Notes: generated by a model from the sequence alone, not told the origin. A DNA stretch of 64,000 bases from Promethearchaeota archaeon (GCA_048939995.1 JBHLOY010000001.1:192001-256000), one strand, 5' to 3'. Shown: positions 29,888-40,050, counted from the first letter of the stretch. Made by a program: numbers and translations.

Positions 29888-31850
29888 CATTCCAAAAAGA
29901 AGATAAATTCTCTCTTAATGCATTAGGTTTATCAGGAACAATTTCTAATTCTTTCCTTATCCATTCAGAAATCCAATTATGTTTTGCCTTAAATCTGCTA
30001 TCCATAAAAATTATTGCTCCTTTATCACTTAGTTTTCTTATTGGACGCCCAGACGCTTGATTTGCTCGTTGAACAGCGGGATAAAGATAAGCAAAATTCC
30101 AACCTTGTTTATTAAATACTTTATCATAATACTTTATTTTAGCATTAACCCGTGGTAAGGGTAAATGATACGGAAATCCCGCAATTATTACACAGTTCAT
30201 AAATTTTCCAGGATAATCCTCACCTTCTGAGTTTCTCCCTCCACAAACACCTAATAAGACTGCTCCGTTATTAACTTCTGCCATTGATTTATAATTATTT
30301 ACCAAAGCAAAATTTTCTGAAGCAGACAAGCCTGAATCTTCAACAAATAATTTTTTATTGTTTTTTTCAATAATAATTTCTAAACCATTTGAAACTAAAC
30401 CTTCTAATACTTTATAAGAGGCACAAAAGATGCCAATATTAGCAGGTGTGCAGCTTATAATTTCATCAATCTTAGTAATCATTTTTTTATACATTGCCGA
30501 GGTTCTGTTAACTTTGCGTGTGTCTACTCCATCTATTATTAAAGCACAGATGTTCTTTTTGCTAAAAGGGGATTCAGCAATAATGCCTTCATATTTTTTG
30601 CCACTTTCCTTAAAACCTATTAAATTTGTATAAACATGTGGATTAACAGTTCCTGATAGATTAAGACAAGTAAAACATTCTTTTAAAATAGGGATTGTGA
30701 GGTCCCTTGGATCTAAAGCTACGATTTCTAATAAAACTGATTTTTTTCCTTTTTTCTCCCTTCGAGTATAACAAAAAAAGAAATTAGCTAGTGAGTAAGT
30801 TTGGAACCATTTAATCCAAAATTCTGCTAAATTCCCAATATGATTCCTTGAAAACTCTCCATTAGCAATCCTTTGTTCATGTATTGAAGCTCCAAAATCA
30901 TACAAATCTCTTATAAGATTTTCTAATTGCATTAGACTTGATAAGCCAAGGCTTTTAATGAGATATTGAAGAAATGATTCTGGATTGATCTCCTCTTCAT
31001 AATTATTGAGCGTCTTAGATACTTTCTCTAAATGGTCAAGCATAAAGTTAACAAAACTTTGTAAAGATATAGGAGAGTTGTACAATTCTAAATCTCTCAA
31101 GGCTAATCTTAATAAATATGGAGTGATTTGGGTTGAATTGATTTCAGTGGCTACATCTATCAAATTATGACATTCATCGATGACTAAAATACAATTCATT
31201 AGTTCTTTACCTAAAAAATTTAAAAAATTAACTCTGATAAAGGGATTAAAAAGCCATTGATAATTACATATAACTAAGTTCATTTCGTTTAAGAGGAATT
31301 TACTTAAAAAATAAGGACAGAATACTTTTTGTTTACAAAAATCGATAAGCTCTTCAGCATCTAATGGTTTATTTATTATTTCTGGAACAATTAATTTTAG
31401 ATTATCTAATTGTTCTTTTTTTCTAATTAAGTTATTGTAAGGAACGCAATTTCTATTCTTCCTCAAATCACTACAAACGGACATAGCTTCTCTTGGGTTT
31501 AATTTAAGCTGTATTAAAGTTTTATTTAGGCACATCTCATTGCGACCCCTAATTGAGAGGCCATTAACTTTATTCTCTAACTTAGAATTTTCCAATAACT
31601 TCGAGATTTTATTTAATTCCTTAATAATCCTTGTATTTTGGGCATGTGTTCGACATAAATATATAATTTTCAATTCTTTTTCATAGGCTAAGGGTAATAA
31701 TGCACTAAGTGCAATAATTGTCTTACCTGTACCATTCGGAGCCGATAGCAGTACGACTTTCTTTTCCCTTGAAGTTTTTTCAATTTTTTTTATTATATTC
31801 TCTTGTTCTTGTCTAAATTTTTCATAAGGAAAAAATTCAAGATAGTTTAT
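29880..31850 (-). CDS. xpd: XPD/Rad3/DinG Fe-S helicase; start extended from 31673 to ATA at 31850
   Basis: Upstream in-frame FFPYEKFRQEQ (Q motif) and APNGTGKT (Walker A); Fe-S Cys, DECHN, SEGED, QASGRPIR. Confidence 0.92.
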   Translation of the reverse strand: MNYLEFFPYEKFRQEQENIIKKIEKTSREKKVVLLSAPNGTGKTIIALSALLPLAYEKELKIIYLCRTHAQNTRIIKELNKISKLLENSKLENKVNGLSIRGRNEMCLNKTLIQLKLNPREAMSVCSDLRKNRNCVPYNNLIRKKEQLDNLKLIVPEIINKPLDAEELIDFCKQKVFCPYFLSKFLLNEMNLVICNYQWLFNPFIRVNFLNFLGKELMNCILVIDECHNLIDVATEINSTQITPYLLRLALRDLELYNSPISLQSFVNFMLDHLEKVSKTLNNYEEEINPESFLQYLIKSLGLSSLMQLENLIRDLYDFGASIHEQRIANGEFSRNHIGNLAEFWIKWFQTYSLANFFFCYTRREKKGKKSVLLEIVALDPRDLTIPILKECFTCLNLSGTVNPHVYTNLIGFKESGKKYEGIIAESPFSKKNICALIIDGVDTRKVNRTSAMYKKMITKIDEIISCTPANIGIFCASYKVLEGLVSNGLEIIIEKNNKKLFVEDSGLSASENFALVNNYKSMAEVNNGAVLLGVCGGRNSEGEDYPGKFMNCVIIAGFPYHLPLPRVNAKIKYYDKVFNKQGWNFAYLYPAVQRANQASGRPIRKLSDKGAIIFMDSRFKAKHNWISEWIRKELEIVPDKPNALRENLSSFWNVN

Positions 31851-31956
31851 TTAAAACACCGTGATATCCGTCATATTTTAATAACATTATAATTTAAAGT
31901 TTATATTAGGAAAGGGAGTATAAAATTTTAATTATTAATAAGATTATAGTAAGAAA

Positions 31957-32799
31957 ATGACTGAAGATAGTTCTGAAAAACCTCATTTACTTCTGAGGGA
32001 AATTTTCAGTGAAATTTTACTAAGAGACATTATACTTTTTGCAGTTCTATTTTTATTTACGTTAGCCCAGTCTTGGGATAATATATTTCTATTTTTATTT
32101 CCAATTATTAGTTTTGCCTATACAATTTTCTTTAGAATTATTAGCACGAATAATTGGAGGATTAAAGGTCGTTCTAGTTCAATTATTTATAATCCGTTAG
32201 GATTAGAGAAAAAGCATGCTAATAGACTTGTTTTTTGTACTCTAATTCAACTCATCTTATTGTTATGGATTGGTGCAGAATCTCTATACCATCCACAATT
32301 GATAGATGATTATGATATCTATTTCAATATTCTCTTTTTGTTTATTTACTCATTTGGATTTTATTGGATAATTTCAGACACCTGGAAACATTGTAAAATT
32401 GATTTAGGAGATACTTCAATTTCGTTCTTAAATAGGAAAAAGTATAACCAAATCCTAATAATAAGTCTAACAACATTTATCGCTCTAAATATTTCAAATG
32501 TTTTATATGCTTTAGCCATTCTAACCAATTTAACTAAAGGAATAAATATTTATTTGCCAGGAACAGGAATAGAATCTTCTGGGCCAATGCAAATTACTAT
32601 CATCTCAATTTTTATTCTTTTAATTTCTCCATTGTTAACGACCTTCTTACTCATAATAATTTATAGAGATATTAACAATTTCTCAACTGAAAACTTATAT
32701 AATGCATTAAAAGATGTCCCTGAAAACTCAAAACAACAAATATTGGATAATCTTAAAAATTTAAATAAAAAATTAGAAGAATCTTTATCAAGGGAATAA
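31957..32799 (+). CDS. Hypothetical multi-pass membrane protein
   Basis: About 6 hydrophobic segments; no family recognised. Confidence 0.6.
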   Translation: MTEDSSEKPHLLLREIFSEILLRDIILFAVLFLFTLAQSWDNIFLFLFPIISFAYTIFFRIISTNNWRIKGRSSSIIYNPLGLEKKHANRLVFCTLIQLILLLWIGAESLYHPQLIDDYDIYFNILFLFIYSFGFYWIISDTWKHCKIDLGDTSISFLNRKKYNQILIISLTTFIALNISNVLYALAILTNLTKGINIYLPGTGIESSGPMQITIISIFILLISPLLTTFLLIIIYRDINNFSTENLYNALKDVPENSKQQILDNLKNLNKKLEESLSRE

Positions 32800-32851
32800 A
32801 AATTTATAGTATAAATCTATATAATTTTTAATATAATTTTATTAACTAGAC

Positions 32852-33394
32852 ATGACACAAATAGCTGATCAGAATCGAAGGTACCTTTTTAAAATTGTAG
32901 TAGTCGGTGATGGTGGTGTTGGAAAGAGCACTATGGTTCAGAGACTGATAACAGGGAGGTTTGTGCCCATGAAGATCACAATAGGCACTGATCTGGCTAC
33001 TAAAGAGTTACAAGTAGATTCTAATCAGATAAAGCTCCAAGTTTGGGATTTTGCTGGAGAAAAGAGGTTCCGATTTTTCTTACCAAATTACACAAGGGGA
33101 GCAAAAGGATGTCTATTATGTTATGATATCTCAAGATATTCTAGTTTTCAGAATTTACCTGAATGGTATAACATCGTTAAAAATAATGCTGGAGAACCCA
33201 GTTTTATACTAGTCGGATGCAAACAAGATTTAGCGGAGTTAAAAAGAACTGTTTCTATTGAAGAAGCTAAAAAATTTCAACAAGAATATGATATTCCATA
33301 CTTTTTTGAAACTTCAAGCAAAACAGGATATCAAAATGAAAAAATCTTTGAAATTTTAAGTAGGACATTATACGAAAAAGTATCACGAAATTAA
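32852..33394 (+). CDS. Rab-like small GTPase
   Basis: FKIVVVGDGGVGKS, ITIGTD, WDFAGEKRF, GCKQD, ETSSK. Confidence 0.93.
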   Translation: MTQIADQNRRYLFKIVVVGDGGVGKSTMVQRLITGRFVPMKITIGTDLATKELQVDSNQIKLQVWDFAGEKRFRFFLPNYTRGAKGCLLCYDISRYSSFQNLPEWYNIVKNNAGEPSFILVGCKQDLAELKRTVSIEEAKKFQQEYDIPYFFETSSKTGYQNEKIFEILSRTLYEKVSRN

Positions 33395-33434
33395 TTTTTA
33401 AGAGAAAAAAAAGTAAAAGAAATTTACTCAGACC

Positions 33435-34373
33435 TTATTCCAATAAATCCTTAAATTCATTAAAGTTTAGTTTCAAATATCTGGCAGTGATTAAATCTGT
33501 ACCCATAAGAGTTTTAAAATTCTTTTTTCGTTTGTTGTTAAGGAATTTTTTCATTTCGCTTAAATCTGGTTCCTTATTTGTTATTTCAAGATATTTCTTT
33601 TTTACTGCGTGATCAACTACTTTTTGTCCAATATCCGTTCTAATGATCAGGAAAGCTTCACCTGAACCTTTAGGAGCTCCCCATGAACTATATGAAATAT
33701 CAGAAAACTCACCAGAGAAATCAGTACAATATTTACAAGCATCCATACCTCCTGTTGAGCATGCCATTGCTATCTTTAGGGAAGTTCTTTCTGCCCCAGT
33801 ATTGAAATCGCTAACAAGTATTTTGGCTAATCCCTGAAAATGGCAAGGGTTAGCAATGATTCCAATATCTCTTTTTTTATCAAGATAAGCTTTTCCAATA
33901 CCAGTAATTAATGGACCTGCATTTTGAGGTGTCTTTTCGGGAACATATTTTTTACCATCTTGCGCTTTATCAATAATTACTGGAAATGCGGGAGAAGTCT
34001 TATCTTTTTTTTCGCTTAAGACAAAATGTTTAACGATTCCCGACTCGAAAGCGGCTAAAACTAAATTATAGAGAATACTGTCTTTTGTCTTCGACTTAAC
34101 TTGGATAATATCTTTATAAACTCCTACTGCTAGATCAACTCTTGATTGACCGAATAATTTTTCTTCAATTTCGGAAACTGGTAAGAAAGTCCTTGGACAT
34201 GCATTATAACATAATCCTACAGTCTCAGCACATTCATCTACTACATAAGCTTCACCAGTTTTCTCATCAAAATCCATATGCGGGCAAAATGCATTACAGC
34301 TACCACAATGAATGCATAAACCAGCATAAATTACCTCATTTTCGAGATCCTGGCTAGATTTTTCAATCTTCAT
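33435..34373 (-). CDS. FrhB/FdhB-family (F420 hydrogenase beta-like) Fe-S protein, divergent
   Basis: N-terminal CxxCxxC...CP ferredoxin; 'GIIANPC', 'CKYCTDFSGEFSDIS', 'IIRT..G'. Confidence 0.8.
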   Translation of the reverse strand: MKIEKSSQDLENEVIYAGLCIHCGSCNAFCPHMDFDEKTGEAYVVDECAETVGLCYNACPRTFLPVSEIEEKLFGQSRVDLAVGVYKDIIQVKSKTKDSILYNLVLAAFESGIVKHFVLSEKKDKTSPAFPVIIDKAQDGKKYVPEKTPQNAGPLITGIGKAYLDKKRDIGIIANPCHFQGLAKILVSDFNTGAERTSLKIAMACSTGGMDACKYCTDFSGEFSDISYSSWGAPKGSGEAFLIIRTDIGQKVVDHAVKKKYLEITNKEPDLSEMKKFLNNKRKKNFKTLMGTDLITARYLKLNFNEFKDLLE

Positions 34374-34592
34374 GTCATCTTTTCATAAAAATGGGTTATT
34401 TTTTGTTATTATGTTAAATTTTTGATTGCAAATAAATTTAGTGTGAAATTTCATTTCTTGCATTTCATCAAAAAACATCAAAGAAAATATCGAATTCGCA
34501 CCAAAGTTTTTTGAATATCATGATAATATTACCTTATTTTAAGTATGCCTTCATCTTAATATTCAGTAAAAATAACAATTGGACAACGGATC

Positions 34593-35030
34593 TTGGCAGT
34601 ATACTTAAAAGACTTTCTCGTGTTTAAAGAAGGAGGAAAAGTGATTTTTAGCACAACTTCAGGCTTAATTAAGGATACTCTTTTATTTGGTGGTTTTATT
34701 GAAGCATTAAACTCATTTTATAATATTTCTCTTAATGATGATTTATATCAAATAGAAGGAGTTAAATATAGAATTATGTTTTTGACCAAATCGGACACAC
34801 AATTCATTGGAATCTCCTTAATAAATGTGAATCGAAATAAAGCATTAGAAGAACTTGAGTTTTTTACCACTAGATTTTTAGAACTTTTTCCTGAGATTCA
34901 AAATAAAAAATATGAAAACGATGTTAGAATTTTTCAAAAATTCTTTTTAGAAATCAATAAAACTAGAAAATCTTATACAGGAAAAGAATTTGAGAGCAAT
35001 TATCTAACATACTTATTAGAAGATTGGTAA
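34593..35030 (+). CDS. Longin/roadblock-like small domain protein
   Basis: 'LVFKEGGKVIFS...DTLLFGGFIEALNSF' resembles Asgard longin-type domains. Confidence 0.55.
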   Translation: MAVYLKDFLVFKEGGKVIFSTTSGLIKDTLLFGGFIEALNSFYNISLNDDLYQIEGVKYRIMFLTKSDTQFIGISLINVNRNKALEELEFFTTRFLELFPEIQNKKYENDVRIFQKFFLEINKTRKSYTGKEFESNYLTYLLEDW

Positions 35031-35038
35031 TATTGACG

Positions 35039-35329
35039 TTAACATTCTTTTTCTTCATCTTTTAACAGTTGAGAACAAGTCTTATCTAATTTCTTAATTA
35101 TTCGATCTCTATCCTTCCAAATTAGCCATGTGCCACCACTCTTCTCGAAATTAAATCCATCATAGTTGTTAACCATACTTTTCAATGTTTTTTTAATAAA
35201 ACTCCAAGAAAATCCTGTTTTTTCAACTAATTCAGAAATAGCAATTGGGTGATTGATTTGTAACTTATTATTAAAAAATTCTATTATTCTTTCTAATCCC
35301 GTTTTCGGAGAGGAGTCTTTCTTAACCAT
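35039..35329 (-). CDS. Small winged-helix DNA-binding protein
   Basis: 'PIAISELVEKTGFSWSFIKKTL' HTH followed by wing 'FEKSGGTWLIW'. Confidence 0.65.
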   Translation of the reverse strand: MVKKDSSPKTGLERIIEFFNNKLQINHPIAISELVEKTGFSWSFIKKTLKSMVNNYDGFNFEKSGGTWLIWKDRDRIIKKLDKTCSQLLKDEEKEC

Positions 35330-35451
35330 AATTTCTTCTTAATTAATAATATATTTTATCCTACTATTTAATACAAATTAAGATTGTTATATCAATCTTA
35401 ATATTATGAAAATTGCCTGTTTCATTAGCCAAACTAGAAAAATAAAGACTA

Positions 35452-36651
35452 TTACTTCATTTTAATAAAATTACCCGTTTTCATTAATTCACAAGGTTTA
35501 ATATAGGTTATTCCAATTTTATCTGAAAGTTCTTCAAGCATATTGGACCATTTGATATAATTATTTTTCCCAGGTCCAAATGGCCCAGGCATATCCATTC
35601 CTGCGAGCATTGTATCATCAATTGTCTTGTAATTAGAGACAATCCCTTCCTTTAAAAGCCTACAACCCTCATTCAATTGAATTGCATAATAGAATTCAGG
35701 ATTAGCTAAATTAGCTTTCCCTTTACCTTGTATAATTGGTTTTCCCTCCTTCCACTCATATAAACCTTTACCTGTTTTCTTTCCTAGGTTTCCTTCTTTA
35801 ACTAGATTTGTAAGAGTCCTCCCAGGTGCAAATTCGGGTGAAAGGGTTTTAGCAAAATAATTCAAACTATCCCATATCACATCAAGACCTAAATAGTCCC
35901 ATTTTATGTAAGGTCCCCATTCTGGAGGACTTACAAAATCATTATCTACTTTTTCATAAGCAATTCCTCTTTCAGTTGCTATATCTAATAACCTATTTAA
36001 TAATAGACTTGAAGCAATAGTGAGACGATTTACAATAAATCCTGGGCTTTCCTTATCTATTTTGGCTATATATCTCTTTCCTTTTAAAGCAGGCATTCTT
36101 TTTCCTAGCTCAACTGCTGTATCAAATGTCTCTTGCGATGTTTTTTCTCCTTTAATAACTTCTATTAATCTAAGTACAGGTATTGGTATGAAGAAATGCA
36201 TACCTACAACTTGCTGGGGACGATTTGAAGCTTCAGCTATTTTAGTAATACTCATTGTTGACGTATTTGTAGCCAAAATAGCTTGGCTAGGCGCTAGATT
36301 TCCTAAGTCTCGAAATAAATCTTGCTTTAGTTCCATTACTTCAGGAATAGCTTCTACAATAAAGTCTGCTCTATGAATAGACTTAGCTAAATTATAATCT
36401 TTAATGAGAGGCTCCATTAATGACTCGCTTGATACGTTCTCACGGGGTAATCCTTTCAATAACATTTTTTTTATTCCATTTTCAATATAGATTGTTGCAT
36501 TATCTAAGATACTTTTATTGATATCATTTAATATAACATTCTTGAATAATTCAGACATCAAAGCAACTTGAGCGATTTCTCGACCCATCGTGCCTGCTCC
36601 AATTACAACAAATGTTTCAATTTTATCGATATTTACCAAAATGAAATTCAC
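35452..36651 (-). CDS. 3-hydroxyacyl-CoA dehydrogenase (duplicated C-terminal domain)
   Basis: VIGAGTMG, VEAIPE, TNTSTM, GMHFF, PGFIVNR, GKKTGKG. Confidence 0.92.
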   Translation of the reverse strand: MNFILVNIDKIETFVVIGAGTMGREIAQVALMSELFKNVILNDINKSILDNATIYIENGIKKMLLKGLPRENVSSESLMEPLIKDYNLAKSIHRADFIVEAIPEVMELKQDLFRDLGNLAPSQAILATNTSTMSITKIAEASNRPQQVVGMHFFIPIPVLRLIEVIKGEKTSQETFDTAVELGKRMPALKGKRYIAKIDKESPGFIVNRLTIASSLLLNRLLDIATERGIAYEKVDNDFVSPPEWGPYIKWDYLGLDVIWDSLNYFAKTLSPEFAPGRTLTNLVKEGNLGKKTGKGLYEWKEGKPIIQGKGKANLANPEFYYAIQLNEGCRLLKEGIVSNYKTIDDTMLAGMDMPGPFGPGKNNYIKWSNMLEELSDKIGITYIKPCELMKTGNFIKMK

Positions 36652-36724
36652 CTTTAGATAATTTATAGAAAAAGTTACAGATTTTTTAAAAATTTTGATT
36701 ATTGAAACGAGAAAATTTGTTCGA

Positions 36725-37780
36725 TTAAATTATTGAAATTATATACCATGAGAGTAGCATTGTCGCTATACCCAAAAAAATTGAAATGGGAAGCCCCGGC
36801 AAAACTTTATTCCGCTTCAGTCCCATTATGGTTATACCAGTTCCAATTAAAATCGCTATAGCCGTAAAAATCATTACAAGTAAACTATTTGATTGAAGAA
36901 GTGCACTTGATGTAAGCATGCTATAAAAAGCTAAATCTCCAATTCCAATTTCTAATTTAGAAGTATCGTATACAGCTTCCCCTTTTTTAATCTTCTCTTG
37001 AATACTTTCATTTGTCTCTGCTTCAAGTCCTTGTGAGGTGATATCAATCATTTCTTTTATTGGCCCTTTCTTATAAAGTACAGCAAACATATCCCAAATC
37101 GAAATTCCTATTAGAATAGCTAATGTAGTCCAAAGTGGCATAAATACGCCCATGGCAGCTCCGATTAACAATCCCATATATAATACGATAATATTCTTGG
37201 TTTTAATAGACCTTGAGGTGAAATACTTATATAGAATCAGAACAGTACAAATACCTATAGATATCGGCAAAATTACATACCCTATTATGAAATAAATAAG
37301 ATTTAATAGCTCAGACGCGGGGAATACTGAAAAGATTATATCTACTATTATTGAAATAAAAAATAAGGATAAAAAAAATCCTAAAAATGCTAAGCTTCCT
37401 CCGAAAATATATTTTAAAATATCAATTCCTCGCTTTTTAACAAGAAATATTATTATAAATGCTGAAACAGCAGCCAGAGTTGTAAATATTATCCCATTTA
37501 AAACTCCTGCTAATGCTCCAAATTCCTCTTCGGGAATATAACCACCATCTATTTGGATTTCAGCTATCACGTATGTAAGGTAAGATAATAATCCCGCAAT
37601 TATAACTACTGTTATAATAGGCAATGCATAAAACTTAGAACTAATTCGATAGGTTGGCAAAAAATGTGGAATAAAATCTTTTTCTATTACTTCTTTTTTA
37701 GAATCTTCATGATCTGATTCTTTTTGATTATTTACTTTGTTTTCATCGTTATTTGGTAATCTCTTGAGATTATCTGACAT
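36725..37780 (-). CDS. Presenilin-family (A22) intramembrane aspartyl protease
   Basis: 'PLWTT..IL..ISIWDMFAVL..KGPIK', 'LEIGIGDLAFYSML', 'PGLPISI'. Confidence 0.9.
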   Translation of the reverse strand: MSDNLKRLPNNDENKVNNQKESDHEDSKKEVIEKDFIPHFLPTYRISSKFYALPIITVVIIAGLLSYLTYVIAEIQIDGGYIPEEEFGALAGVLNGIIFTTLAAVSAFIIIFLVKKRGIDILKYIFGGSLAFLGFFLSLFFISIIVDIIFSVFPASELLNLIYFIIGYVILPISIGICTVLILYKYFTSRSIKTKNIIVLYMGLLIGAAMGVFMPLWTTLAILIGISIWDMFAVLYKKGPIKEMIDITSQGLEAETNESIQEKIKKGEAVYDTSKLEIGIGDLAFYSMLTSSALLQSNSLLVMIFTAIAILIGTGITIMGLKRNKVLPGLPISIFLGIATMLLSWYIISII

Positions 37781-37868
37781 ATTGATTTTTTGTATTTTTT
37801 AGGAATTAATTATTTAAGGTTATAATATAATTAATAATTTAAATATCTGTTATTTATAGAAAACTATT

Positions 37869-38573
37869 TTGAAAAACATAGGTTTTCTATCTAAAATTAT
37901 GTCAAAATTTCAAAATTATGCAAGAAAAACGCAGGATCTTAGCCTAGCCGTTTATAAGAAAAGTATTAGAGGCTTAACTCACAATTTGTTATATCCATGC
38001 CAATTAGGCATTATATTTTTTGACGGCGAGAGCCATTCTTTGTTTGAAAAATTAAAAATAGAAATAAATACTATTTTTGATTCGTATTTCTCTAAAATTA
38101 AAAAAAATATAATGCAGAATCCTTTTTCTATAGAAAAGAGAGTAATATCAAGAAAAATTTCAAAACAAGTGCTTCTATATCCTACCAATCAGTTTTATGA
38201 AAAAATCTCTGAACTAAAAGTAAGAGCGGCTTTTGAAATAGGAGTTGGAATAACAGATTTACCAATTTATTCGAGTAGTGCTAATAATCTAGTATTTTTG
38301 TACGGAGAAGCCCACCTAAACCATAATTGTGCAATCGTTTCTAATTATAATTTGAAATATGAATTAAACTCTTCATCAAATACACTTCAGCGAAGAGTTA
38401 TTAAAGAAGTTATTCATGAAGTTGGACATATTATTTTAGGCCCAAGCCATTGTAGAAATAAATTATGTGTTATGACTTTTTCTAAAAGTGTCGCAGATAT
38501 TGACAAAAAAGCTTCAGATTTCTGCAAAGAATGTAAATGCAAATTAGAAGAGATTATAGAGATTTTGAATTAA
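37869..38573 (+). CDS. Archaemetzincin (M54) zinc protease
   Basis: 'KEVIHEVGHIILGPSHC....CVM.FS....DID.K...FC..C'. Confidence 0.85.
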   Translation: MKNIGFLSKIMSKFQNYARKTQDLSLAVYKKSIRGLTHNLLYPCQLGIIFFDGESHSLFEKLKIEINTIFDSYFSKIKKNIMQNPFSIEKRVISRKISKQVLLYPTNQFYEKISELKVRAAFEIGVGITDLPIYSSSANNLVFLYGEAHLNHNCAIVSNYNLKYELNSSSNTLQRRVIKEVIHEVGHIILGPSHCRNKLCVMTFSKSVADIDKKASDFCKECKCKLEEIIEILN

Positions 38574-39820
38574 AAGTAAACATTAGGTAAATTCCTAACA
38601 AATTCTTTGACGAGATTTACTCCATGCCGTCTTTCTTCTCTGTGATAGCGAAGAGGATACAATTGATCAATAGCAAATTTATACAGTTCAACCCATGTTT
38701 TGGCTATTTTATCAATTCTATAATTCTGAGCTATTTTTTTAGCATTCTTTCCGAATTCTTCTCTGAGAGTATCATTTTTTAATAATTTTATGACATAATC
38801 ACTGAATTGATCTAAGTTATTTGCTAAATAGCCAGTGACCCCATGTCTAATTACATTAGCGATACCAGTCGCATTAGCTCCTACACTTGGAGTACCTTGA
38901 GCCATAGCTTCGGTTAAAACAAGACCTTCAGCTTCTATCCAAGACCAAAGACATGTTAAATCAGCAGCATTATATAGTTTTAATAAATCATCGAATGGTA
39001 CTTGACCGGCATATGATATACAATCTCTATACTTTTTCTTTTTGATAATTTTTTCTACAGCTTCAGTCGAAGGTCCTGGGCTTCCTACTAGAAGTAAATG
39101 AGAATCAGGAACTTTTTTATGAATCTTTTTTACAAAAGTTTTTATAATTCTTATTGGATGTTTTTCTGGAGATAATCTTGAAGCATATAACATTATTTTC
39201 TTATTTTCTAGATTATATTTTTCTCTTATTCCGTTCCTTTTTAATTCTTTAAAGTAATATTCATTTATTCCATTGGATAAAGCAATAATTGGTTCTTTAA
39301 ATCTATAGTTAAGCAATAAGTCTTTTTTTGTTTTAGTAGGAACGTGGGTTAGGTCATACTTCTCTAAAACATGGCGTTCATAACGCCAAATAAAATCATT
39401 TTTACTTAAGAATTTACCAAAGATTGGGATATATTGTGCTGTATAAAAAGCCATAGGACTATGGTGTGAACCAACGAGAGGAATTCCCAGATATTTAGCC
39501 CAATTGATTGCCATTGCCCCTATTGTTTCATGTGTATGTACATGGGCAACATCCAAATAATCCTCTTGGCAAAGGAATATTTTATGAAATGGGACGCTTA
39601 AAATAAACTCAGTCTTGTGCCCAATTTGAACTCCACCTAGATCGTGAAAGTGGAGAGTCTTTGGCTTTTTATAGCCATCCTTAATACCTGGAGCGAAGAC
39701 ATGTACATTATGGCCTAATTTTGCTAAGGCTTCACTTAAAAATCTGACGGCATGAGCAGTTCCGTTTATTTGACTGTACATAACGCTAAAGATTCCAATG
39801 TCTAGCGTATTTTTTGCCAT
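38570..39820 (-). CDS. GT4 glycosyltransferase
   Basis: 'QING', 'SRLSPEK', 'EAEGLVLTEAMAQGTP'. Confidence 0.88.
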   Translation of the reverse strand: MAKNTLDIGIFSVMYSQINGTAHAVRFLSEALAKLGHNVHVFAPGIKDGYKKPKTLHFHDLGGVQIGHKTEFILSVPFHKIFLCQEDYLDVAHVHTHETIGAMAINWAKYLGIPLVGSHHSPMAFYTAQYIPIFGKFLSKNDFIWRYERHVLEKYDLTHVPTKTKKDLLLNYRFKEPIIALSNGINEYYFKELKRNGIREKYNLENKKIMLYASRLSPEKHPIRIIKTFVKKIHKKVPDSHLLLVGSPGPSTEAVEKIIKKKKYRDCISYAGQVPFDDLLKLYNAADLTCLWSWIEAEGLVLTEAMAQGTPSVGANATGIANVIRHGVTGYLANNLDQFSDYVIKLLKNDTLREEFGKNAKKIAQNYRIDKIAKTWVELYKFAIDQLYPLRYHREERRHGVNLVKEFVRNLPNVYF

Positions 39821-40050
39821 AAAGTAAAGCCTAAAATAAGTAAAAGTATATATTTATCTAGATGCTCTTTTATTAAAAAAGATAACTGTTTAATAAAATT
39901 TCATTGATTTTTTAATAAAATCTCATTCAGACTTTTTATATTTTACTATATCATTACAAAAATCGCTTCTTTTAAGGTGATTACTTGAAAAGATTAAAAT
40001 GCAATATTAAAATAATAAAATTTTTTTCTTAAGAGATTTTATTCTATTTT

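Noticed and set aside
29880-29920. PIP box at the XPD C-terminus (RENLSSFW)
   Set aside because: It lacks the Gln and fits the normal terminal helix of this family; too weak to call.
29880-31673. XPD as a truncated pseudogene lacking Walker A
   Set aside because: The missing motifs are intact and in frame upstream to 31850, with no internal stops.
33435-34400. Selenocysteine read-through or SECIS for the FrhB-like gene or other genes
   Set aside because: No in-frame TGA interrupts a conserved domain, and the 5379-5445 hairpin lacks an AUGA/GA core in the right geometry.
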